A DNA stretch of 64,000 nucleotides from Cytophagales bacterium (GTDB taxonomy: Bacteria; Bacteroidota; Bacteroidia; Cytophagales; Microscillaceae), in assembly GCA_031425615.1 (NCBI GenBank), contig JANPJR010000030.1, positions 82,492 through 146,491 on the forward strand, given 5' to 3'. Each line of letters opens with the position of its first letter. The first letter of the stretch is position 1. A program made the position numbers and the translations under genes. Under the pieces are notes generated by a model. The model did no database searches, had not been told where the DNA came from, and was given only the letters and a program-made list of their open reading frames with translations. Shown in pieces: positions 31,974 to 39,582 of this stretch.

Positions 31974-33098
31974 ATGTCTGCTCTTTATATCCACATTCCT
32001 TTTTGCAAAAAAGCGTGTCATTATTGCGATTTTCATTTTAGCACCAATTTTTCACAAAAAGAAGCATTGGTAAAAGCGATTTGTGTAGAAATTTCATTAC
32101 AAAAAGACTATTTAAAAAATACCAATCTTAGTTCTGTTTATTTTGGTGGTGGCACGCCTTCGGTACTTTCAGAAAAGGAATTAGGGCAGATTTTTGAGGC
32201 AATTTCAACATATTTTCTAATTGAAAAAAATGCAGAAATTACTTTTGAGGCAAATCCTGATGATATTTCTTTGGAAAATCTACGTTTGTGGAAACAGACA
32301 GGCATCAATCGCCTAAGTGTAGGCATACAAAGTTTTCATGAGCCATTTCTCCAATGGACAAACCGAAACCACACCGCCCAACAAGCAGAAAACTGTATAA
32401 AAGATGCCCAAAATAAAGGTTTTAGTGAGATAAGTTTAGATTTGATGTATGGATTTCCTGCCCAAAATCACGACATTTGGCTACAAGATTTGCAAAAAGC
32501 TACTGCATTAGAAATACCACACATTTCTGCGTATTGTCTTACGATTGAAGAAAAAACGACTTTTGGAAAATGGCTCAAACAACGAAAAATCGAACCAATT
32601 GAAGAAGATTTTGCAGGACAACAACTTGATATTTTGATACAGTTTTTGACCGAAAATAAATACGAACATTACGAAATTTCTAATTTTTGCAAAAAAAACC
32701 ATTACGCAAAACACAATACAAATTATTGGCTTGGAGGCGAATATTTGGGCATAGGAGCATCTGCACATTCTTATAATCATGTTTCAAGGCAATATAATGT
32801 GGCAAATAATACCCTTTATATCAAAAATATACAAACAAATAAAATTCCGTTTGAATTAGAAATCTTAACACCAAAAGACTTATATAATGAATATTTGCTT
32901 ACCCGATTGCGCACACATTGGGGCATTGAAATCGCAACACTGCAAGATAATTTTAAGGAATTTTGGGGAAATACACAAGAAAAAATATTGGAAAATTATG
33001 TTAAAAGTGATTTTTTAATCCAAAAAAATGGTATAATTTTTCTAACACAAAAAGGCAAAATGATTGCAGATACGATTATAGAAGATTTTTTTAATTAA
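31974..33098 (+). CDS. hemW: Radical SAM family haem chaperone HemW (protein resembling the oxygen-independent coproporphyrinogen-III oxidase)
   Basis: CxxxCxxC cluster motif HIPFCKKACHYCDF, the GGGTPS motif, and a HemN-like C-terminus. 374 aa. Confidence 0.85.
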   Translation: MSALYIHIPFCKKACHYCDFHFSTNFSQKEALVKAICVEISLQKDYLKNTNLSSVYFGGGTPSVLSEKELGQIFEAISTYFLIEKNAEITFEANPDDISLENLRLWKQTGINRLSVGIQSFHEPFLQWTNRNHTAQQAENCIKDAQNKGFSEISLDLMYGFPAQNHDIWLQDLQKATALEIPHISAYCLTIEEKTTFGKWLKQRKIEPIEEDFAGQQLDILIQFLTENKYEHYEISNFCKKNHYAKHNTNYWLGGEYLGIGASAHSYNHVSRQYNVANNTLYIKNIQTNKIPFELEILTPKDLYNEYLLTRLRTHWGIEIATLQDNFKEFWGNTQEKILENYVKSDFLIQKNGIIFLTQKGKMIADTIIEDFFN

Positions 33099-33146
33099 AA
33101 AAATAAGTTTTCCGTTTTTTCAGGTTAGATTTTTTATTATATTTTT

Positions 33147-33350
33147 ATGTTACAACACAAAGAAAGAATTTTATTAGCCCAAAAATCATTGCTTGGCGTT
33201 GCAGTAGGAGATGCTTTTGGCGATAGTTTTTTTGGGGAATTTGAAAAAATAAATACGCAAATTTATAATAAAGAAATTCCTCGAAGCCTATATCATACAA
33301 TTATCACATCCAAACCATCAAAAGTATATTGGACAATGGTACAAATATGA
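33147..33350 (+). pseudogene. Truncated N-terminal fragment of an ADP-ribosylglycohydrolase-family gene
   Basis: The 67-aa ORF RILLAQKSLLGVAVGDAFGDSFFGEF matches the conserved N-terminus (LLGxAVGDAxG) of ADP-ribosylglycohydrolases. It stops after 67 codons and has no in-frame continuation. Confidence 0.35.
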
Positions 33351-33554
33351 CCGCACAAGATACCCTCTGTGGTCATAACTTTGTAAAAAAAAATTGTAAC
33401 AGAATAATATTTTGCAATACAAATAAAAAGAGCAAAATAAAACAATTCTTTGCGTGGAAAAATCCATCTACTACGTGTGTTCTTGCTCTTTTTTATGCCC
33501 ATTTTGCTCTTAGCAGCTCGCCAAGACCAAAAAAAACCAATCCACAATCCCCTC

Positions 33555-34394
33555 TCAATCCTTCAAAACACTTTTTTTGAGTATCAGCACCACCAAAAAC
33601 TGCATACCAGCCACCGTAGCCATAGCTCCAGCAATAGAACCATTGAGCCATACTGCCAAAAAATAGCCCATTATTGCACAATTTACCCCAAAAATCAACG
33701 CCAAAAAAATCATTTTTTGCAAACTATGCGTAATAAGATACGCAGTAGCAGGTGGCACAACCAAAAAAGCCAGCACCAAAATAGCCCCAACCGCCTCAAA
33801 TGCCAATACGGTCATAAAAGACACCGCACTCATCAACGCATAATGCCAAAAAAGCACAGATATACCCAAAGAAGTCGCAAAAACTTCATCAAAACTCGTC
33901 AAAAAAAGCCCTTTGTAACCCACCCACACAAACAATAATATCCCCAAGAGCAACAAAAATAACCGCCAAATCGTGCTTGGCACACCCAAAAAACCTTCTT
34001 CTAAGGGAATGTACGCTATTTCGCCATACAATACGCAATCTTGGTCTAAATCGATTTGACCAGCCCACACCGAAATCATAATCACACCTAACGCAAATAA
34101 TGTCGTGAAAGACAAGCCAATAGACGCATCTAAGGGCATTTTGCCTCGTGTGTGCAAAGTTTCTATCAAAATCGTAATACCAACCCCAAAAATGCCCGCC
34201 CCAATCAACATCATGCCCGAAGCCCTACTTTGTGCAAGCCAATACGCCAACACAATGCCAGGCAATACTGCATGTGAAATCGCATCTCCCACCATAGTAG
34301 CCTTGCGAAGCACCAAAAAACTACCCAACAACGCCCCACAAATCGCCACCAAACTTCCCGTAAGCACAATATAAAAACTATCCACAAATATCAA
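33555..34394 (-). CDS. znuB: Metal (Zn/Mn) ABC transporter permease, ZnuB/ABC-3 family
   Basis: 279 aa with about 8 TM segments. The N-terminus LVLRKATMVGDAISHAVLPGIVLAY is typical of ABC-3 permeases. No cognate ATPase or substrate-binding protein gene lies adjacent. Confidence 0.8.
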   Translation of the reverse strand: MIFVDSFYIVLTGSLVAICGALLGSFLVLRKATMVGDAISHAVLPGIVLAYWLAQSRASGMMLIGAGIFGVGITILIETLHTRGKMPLDASIGLSFTTLFALGVIMISVWAGQIDLDQDCVLYGEIAYIPLEEGFLGVPSTIWRLFLLLLGILLFVWVGYKGLFLTSFDEVFATSLGISVLFWHYALMSAVSFMTVLAFEAVGAILVLAFLVVPPATAYLITHSLQKMIFLALIFGVNCAIMGYFLAVWLNGSIAGAMATVAGMQFLVVLILKKSVLKD

Positions 34395-34500
34395 ATTAGG
34401 AATTAAAAATTAGGAATTAAGATTTTTTTGTCATTTTTCCTAAAACTAACAAATTAAGAATTAGGAATTTTTTTGCCATTTTTCCTAAAAATGAATAAAC
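34393..34500. repeat. AATTAGGAAT tandem motif plus a duplicated TTTTTTTG(T/C)CATTTTTCCTAAAA unit, sitting immediately 5' of the znuB start
   Basis: aaattaggaattaaaaattaggaattaag...tttttttgtcatttttcctaaaa...aaattaagaattaggaattttttt gccatttttcctaaaa. The same composite recurs at 37153-37228, 47155-47215, 60038-60110 and 6478-6496. Confidence 0.75.
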
Positions 34501-34539
34501 TGAAAAAACTGATAACTGAATAAACTGACAACTTAACCA

Positions 34540-35109
34540 TTATTTCATTTTGATTTTTGTGAGATTGTAAGGCCACACAAAACTCATATCGCCTTTGGGT
34601 GTATTTTCCCACACAATATAAAATGGGTCTAATTCCTTTAATTCATCACCTTTGTAAGCAGGCATAAAACGCTTCCCTTGTGGAGCTTCTACATCTTTAA
34701 ACACCAAATACCCTTTGTGGTGGAGTGCTTGCCCAAGTCGCATGGTAACAATATATTTATCATCACATTCAAAAAAAAGTTTTGTTTGTGTTGTATCTAC
34801 ATTTTGAAGGTCAAGATTTTCCATCAATAAATTTTTTAGGCTAATGCCTTTATATGTTTTTTTACGAAAAAAAACAGGGTCATACCCTACTTCTACTGTA
34901 ACTGTATCTTTGAAAGCTCCTTTTTTTTCCAATTCAAGGATATTGATTTGCGTACGAGGGAGCAGTTTTTTTGGTTCTTGTGCAATATCAGTATTATTTG
35001 AAACCACACTTTTGGATTCATTTTTTCCGTTGCAATTTGTTAAAAGAAAAATTGAAATTAAAAAAATATTTATTAAAAAAAGGAAATGATAAGAAAAAGT
35101 TTTTTTCAC
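34540..35109 (-). CDS. Hypothetical lipoprotein
   Basis: Signal peptide with a lipobox-like LLTNC. 189 aa. No motif recognised. Confidence 0.5.
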   Translation of the reverse strand: MKKTFSYHFLFLINIFLISIFLLTNCNGKNESKSVVSNNTDIAQEPKKLLPRTQINILELEKKGAFKDTVTVEVGYDPVFFRKKTYKGISLKNLLMENLDLQNVDTTQTKLFFECDDKYIVTMRLGQALHHKGYLVFKDVEAPQGKRFMPAYKGDELKELDPFYIVWENTPKGDMSFVWPYNLTKIKMK

Positions 35110-35384
35110 GATTTTTTATTAAAATAAATGTAGGAAACTAAACAAAAGAAATTTTAATCCAACGAAATTGAAAGCTAAAAATAAAAATATTATTTTAAAT
35201 ACATTTTTAAAAAGCATTTTTAATTTATAAATAAATTTATAAAATTTTTGTGTAAAAATAAGTTGTTTTTTGTAAATAATGTGTTTTTGGGTATGATTTT
35301 GATTTTAAAAAAAATAAAATTTTTATAAAAAACATAATTTTGAACAAAAAGCGTTATTTTTGAAGTTTATAAGATAAACACATA

Positions 35385-36050
35385 TTGATAAAATATGTTT
35401 TTTTGAAGAACTTTAAACCATTTTTTATGCAAAAACATTTACTTTTTCTTAGCCTTTATTTTGTATTTTTATTACCATTTTTTTCATTAAAAGCACAAAC
35501 AAGTGCAGAAGTTTTTTTTAAAAAAGGAAAAGAATTTATTACCCAAAAAAACTATACAGAGGCTTATACTGCATTTGAGGAAGCCATTAAACTTGACAAA
35601 ACAAACCACGAATATTTTGCCCAAAAAGCATGGGCAGGCATCAAATCCGAAAAATATAAAGATGCTCTCAGCGACCTTCGCCAAGCCCTCAAACTCAAAC
35701 CTGATGTATCTGAATACCATCATTGGCGTGGTGTAGCGTATGACAGTTTGGGCAAAGATAAATCTGCCTTAGACGAATATTTGAAAGCCAATAAATTGGA
35801 CTCCAAAAATGCAAGCGTATATGTCAGTAGAGGCGTCCTATATTTAAAAAAGAAAAATTACAACAACGCTGTCGCAAACTTCAATACTGCTATTCAAATC
35901 AATAAAAGGCTTGGCGAAGCATATTATTGGCGTGGCTTTGCCAAATATCGTTTGGTAGATTCACAAGGTGCTTGCAATGATTGGCGAACAGCTGTACAAC
36001 TCAATATCCCACAAGGAAAAGAAATATTAGAAAAGCTGTGTAAGGAGTAA
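35385..36050 (+). CDS. Secreted TPR-repeat protein
   Basis: Signal peptide present. Repeated TPR-like units (AYTAFEEAIKLD, YHHWRGVAYDSLG, AYYWRGFAKY). 221 aa. Confidence 0.7.
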   Translation: MIKYVFLKNFKPFFMQKHLLFLSLYFVFLLPFFSLKAQTSAEVFFKKGKEFITQKNYTEAYTAFEEAIKLDKTNHEYFAQKAWAGIKSEKYKDALSDLRQALKLKPDVSEYHHWRGVAYDSLGKDKSALDEYLKANKLDSKNASVYVSRGVLYLKKKNYNNAVANFNTAIQINKRLGEAYYWRGFAKYRLVDSQGACNDWRTAVQLNIPQGKEILEKLCKE

Positions 36051-36120
36051 TTACCCCTAACCTCCAAAGGGGAATTAATACAAATAATTTACCATTTGCT
36101 ACCTTTGGGTTTGGGGGCTT

Positions 36121-37152
36121 TTAATCTTCCAAAACATTGTGCAAAAATGTACTTTTGAGGGCAATCCAAATCAAATAAAAAATGATTGCCCAAGTAAGAT
36201 AAATGGCATAAAAATCTTCTTTTGTTTGAAATTTTTTCTCAATAATTGGACTTTTTTCCAATTTATCTATTTCCTTAAATACTTCTGTAAGTGCATTGTT
36301 ATTTTGCACCCTATAAAATTTCCCTTTTCCGAGTTCTGCTACTTTTCTTAGCACCGTTTCGTCTGCGGTTTGGCTTATCATTACCGTTTTACCTGTGAGC
36401 GTATCAGTTGTAGGCACGTCTCCCTCTGTACCAACCATGATGCTGTATATTTTGATGTTGTAATATTGTGCAAGTTGGGAAGCAGTAAGCGGGTCAAGAC
36501 TTCCTGCGGTATTGTCGCCATCACTTATCAAAATAATTACCTTGCTTTTGGCTTGTGATTCCTGAAAACGATTGATAGCCACGCCCAATGCAGAGCCTAT
36601 GGCAGTGCCTTGTTCTGTAATATCGCCTACTTTGAGATTTTGGAGATAATTATCAAGCAAATTATAATCTGTGGTCAAAGGTGATAAAGAATATGCTTCT
36701 CCTGCAAACACGACCAACCCTATGCGGTCATAAATACGCCCTTTGATAAATTCTTTGGCTACTTTTTTGGCAGAATTTAAACGATTTGGGGGTAAATCTT
36801 CAATCCGCATAGATTCTGAAATATCTGTAATCAACACAATATCAATACCTTCAACGCTTTGCTCTATTTGGGTAGATATTTTTTGAGGACGTGCCAACGC
36901 TACTATGACCAAACACACACACAGCCCCATGAATGTAGGTAAGATAAACCGCAAAAAACGTTCAAATGAATATTTTAGATACTTTTTTGGCAAATTATAT
37001 TTTATTTTTTCACGCACTTGTATATTGCCTATTCGTTTCAAAAAAAATAAAAATGGCACGCCCAATAAAAAATATAAATAAAATTCTTGTTCCCACACAA
37101 ATTGTGAGAGCGTCTCAGGCAAAAACCATTGAATTGATAGCCAATCTAACAT
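36121..37152 (-). CDS. von Willebrand factor A (vWA) domain membrane protein, BatA-like
   Basis: Two N-terminal TM segments. The vWA MIDAS motif is DIVLITDISESM. 343 aa. Equivalent to Bacteroides aerotolerance BatA. Confidence 0.8.
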   Translation of the reverse strand: MLDWLSIQWFLPETLSQFVWEQEFYLYFLLGVPFLFFLKRIGNIQVREKIKYNLPKKYLKYSFERFLRFILPTFMGLCVCLVIVALARPQKISTQIEQSVEGIDIVLITDISESMRIEDLPPNRLNSAKKVAKEFIKGRIYDRIGLVVFAGEAYSLSPLTTDYNLLDNYLQNLKVGDITEQGTAIGSALGVAINRFQESQAKSKVIILISDGDNTAGSLDPLTASQLAQYYNIKIYSIMVGTEGDVPTTDTLTGKTVMISQTADETVLRKVAELGKGKFYRVQNNNALTEVFKEIDKLEKSPIIEKKFQTKEDFYAIYLTWAIIFYLIWIALKSTFLHNVLED

Positions 37153-37228
37153 TAATTAGGAATTGAGAATTAATAATTAGGAATAAATTTAATTAGGAAT
37201 GAAGAATTAGGAATAAATTTAATTAAGG
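37153..37228. repeat. AATTAGGAAT tandem motif array immediately 5' of the batA-like start
   Basis: attaattaggaattgagaattaataattaggaataaatttaattaggaatgaagaattaggaataaatttaattaagg (a ~30-bp unit, duplicated). Confidence 0.7.
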
Positions 37229-37330
37229 TTATTTTTACATAAAATTTTAATATCTAAAATAACATTTTAAATTAAAAATTAAAACCAATATTTTATTTGT
37301 AGATAAAGGAATAGAAATTCAAATTATAAC

Positions 37331-37542
37331 TCACTACTATACAGATTTTAAAAAAACAAATTCAAAATGCAGGAAAAAGGCTTTTTTTGAATAGTTTTTA
37401 CTAAAAAATAATACGTTTCTTTGAAAAATTAAAGCAAATATTGCGTTTAATGTTGTTTTCTGTTTGTAATTTTTCAAAATATTTTGTTTAAATCATTTCA
37501 AAGCACTTTTTTTAAAATTCTAAAAAGATGTATAGCAGTAAG
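37331..37542. mobile_element. MITE-like element, copy A (~212 bp), with terminal inverted repeats TCACTACTATACAG / CTGTATAGCAGTAAG
   Basis: The ends are inverse complements of each other (tcactactatacag...tgtatagcagtaag). The body is about 85% identical to 50221-50494 and is partly shared with 39340-39500. No ORF. Confidence 0.5.
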
Positions 37543-37591
37543 AAATTATCATAATTAGACTATCAAATTCCTAATTTCCCATTCCTAATTC

Positions 37592-38584
37592 CTAATTCTC
37601 CTTAATTGCTTTCATAATCATATCTTTGAGCGGGAGGATATTTTTTTCAGTCATAGACGAAATAAATATGTGTGGAAGGTCAGTAGGCAATTCTTTTGTC
37701 ATAAGACTTTCAAGTTCTTCATCGAGTAAATCCGTTTTGGTAATGGCAAGAAGGCGTTTTTTCTCCAATAGTTCAGGGTTATATTTTTTCAATTCGCCCA
37801 ACAAAATTTTATAATCTTGTGCAATATCTTTGCTTTCTGCAGACACCATAAAAAGCAGAATAGAATTACGTTCTATATGCCTCAAAAATCGCACACCAAG
37901 TCCCCTACCCTCTGCAGCACCTTCAATAATACCAGGAATATCTGCCATGATAAACGATTGTCCATCACGATATGATACTACGCCCAAATTTGGTACAAGC
38001 GTTGTAAATGGATAATCTGCAATTTCTGGTTTGGCAGCAGACACAACTGATAAAAGTGTGCTTTTGCCTGCATTTGGAAACCCTACAAGTCCCACATCAG
38101 CAAGCACTTTAAGCTCCAAAATCAAGGTTTTTTCCAATGCTTCTCCGCCCTCTTGTGCATACATAGGTGCTTGATTGGTCGCACTTTTAAAATTATTGTT
38201 GCCAAGACCACCTCTGCCACCTCTAAGCACGATAATCTCTTGTTCGTGTTCTGTAATTTCTGCTACTATTTCGCCTGTGATTTCATCTTTTGCCACTGTG
38301 CCAAGCGGTACAGTAATTATTCTATCTTCGCCTTGTGTACCTGTCCATCTTGCACCTTGACCGCCTTCGCCACTTGTAGCAAAAATATGTCTTTGGTATT
38401 TGAGGTGCAAAAGTGTCCAAAAATTTCGGTTACCTTTGAGTATAATATGTCCTCCTCTCCCACCATCACCGCCATCAGGGCCTCCATTTGGGCGAAATTT
38501 TCCTCTTGCGAAACTCACCGCACCATTACCGCCAGCACCACTGCGAAGGTATATTTTTACGTAATCTATAAAATTTTCTGCCAT
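37592..38584 (-). CDS. obg: GTPase Obg/CgtA
   Basis: N-terminal Obg fold ([21 protein letters not shown], with a Gly-rich region), then G-domain motifs GFPNAGKST and DIPG. 330 aa. Confidence 0.95.
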   Translation of the reverse strand: MAENFIDYVKIYLRSGAGGNGAVSFARGKFRPNGGPDGGDGGRGGHIILKGNRNFWTLLHLKYQRHIFATSGEGGQGARWTGTQGEDRIITVPLGTVAKDEITGEIVAEITEHEQEIIVLRGGRGGLGNNNFKSATNQAPMYAQEGGEALEKTLILELKVLADVGLVGFPNAGKSTLLSVVSAAKPEIADYPFTTLVPNLGVVSYRDGQSFIMADIPGIIEGAAEGRGLGVRFLRHIERNSILLFMVSAESKDIAQDYKILLGELKKYNPELLEKKRLLAITKTDLLDEELESLMTKELPTDLPHIFISSMTEKNILPLKDMIMKAIKEN

Positions 38585-38594
38585 GTTTTTAGAA

Positions 38595-38788
38595 GGTCAA
38601 AAGGTTTAAAAGGTCAAAGGTCAAAAAACATAAACTAAATTTGTTTTTTTCAATTTAATTATTGTCAGTAAAAAATAATCTGAATTTCAAAAAACAACAA
38701 AAAGACAAAAAATATTTTGAATTTTCAAAACCTTTAACTTTTTAACCCCTTTTAAACTTTGACCTTTGACCCTTTTGAACTTTGATTT
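38595..38788. repeat. Inverted pair of low-complexity GGTCAAAAGG / CCTTTGACC repeats flanking ~100 bp, directly upstream of the obg start
   Basis: ggtcaaaaggtttaaaaggtcaaaggtcaaaaaa at 38595-38628 is the inverse complement, in style, of aaacctttaactttttaacccc ttttaaactttgacctttgacccttttgaactttg at 38728-38788. It belongs to the same motif family as 15056-15140. Confidence 0.45.
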
Positions 38789-38996
38789 TTTTTTCCTGCA
38801 AAGATACAAGCGAAAAGCATTTTTTAGTTAAAATTTTAAAAGAATTATAATTATTTTTCTTTTATTTTTTATTTTTCAAAAAAAGTAACTATGTTTGCAA
38901 CCTTAAATAAAAATGCTTTTTTTTTATTAAAAGCATTTATTTAAAGAAAATTAGAAAATATAAACAATACATTATATAATTATTACTTTTTAAACA

Positions 38997-39254
38997 ATGG
39001 CAAATCATAAATCTGCGCTAAAACGTATTCGTTCAAACGAAAAAAAACGCCTTCGTAACCGCTACCAACTCAAAGCAACAAGAGCAATGGTAAAAAAAGT
39101 ACGTAATAGTAAAAACAAAGCTGAAGCATCACAAGTATTAAACCTTGCTTTTGCTTTGCTTGACCGTTTGGCGCGTAAAAACGTAATCCACAAAAATAAA
39201 GCATCTAACAACAAGTCAAAACTTGCAAAATTTGTAAATAAACTTGCTGCGTAA
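38997..39254 (+). CDS. rpsT: 30S ribosomal protein S20
   Basis: 85 aa, MANHKSALKRIRSNEKKRLRNRYQLKATRAMVKK... is canonical bS20. Confidence 0.9.
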   Translation: MANHKSALKRIRSNEKKRLRNRYQLKATRAMVKKVRNSKNKAEASQVLNLAFALLDRLARKNVIHKNKASNNKSKLAKFVNKLAA

Positions 39255-39303
39255 TTTATAACAAAATAGTTACAACAAGCTAAAAGCATTTTTTTAAGGT
39301 GTT

Positions 39304-39350
39304 AAAAATCCAAACCAAATTTATGTATAAATTTGGTTTGGATTTTTGTT
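39304..39350 (+). terminator. Rho-independent terminator of rpsT
   Basis: AAAATCCAAACCAAATTT-atgtat-AAATTTGGTTTGGATTTT is a perfect long stem, followed by TGTTTTTATT. Confidence 0.7.
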
Positions 39351-39500
39351 TTTATTGGGAAATAATGTATTTCATTTCTTTGAAAAAATTAAAACATATA
39401 ATTGTATTTAACACTGTTTTCGGTTTGTTATTCTTGAAAAAGTTGGGACAGACCTCCATAAACTTCGGTACAGACCCAACTTTTTGAAAAAAACAACTTT
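39340..39500. repeat. Partial, TIR-less copy of the MITE body (copy C), including the 43-bp GGACAGACCTCCATAAACTTCGGTACAGACCC sub-element
   Basis: Shares gaaaaaattaaaaca-ata...tttaac-ctgtttt-c-gtttgt... and the cagacctccataaact-ggtacagaccc segment with 50330-50420. Confidence 0.35.
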
Positions 39501-39582
39501 CACAAAACCTAAACTTCGTAAAAGTTATTCTTGGTCATAACAGTCAGATTTCTGCGGAATGACAAAAAAATCAAAACCCATT

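Noticed and set aside
33450-33938. 162-aa His/Arg/Lys-rich ORF
   Set aside because: It is antisense to the well-supported znuB permease and its composition is an artefact of the complementary hydrophobic codons.
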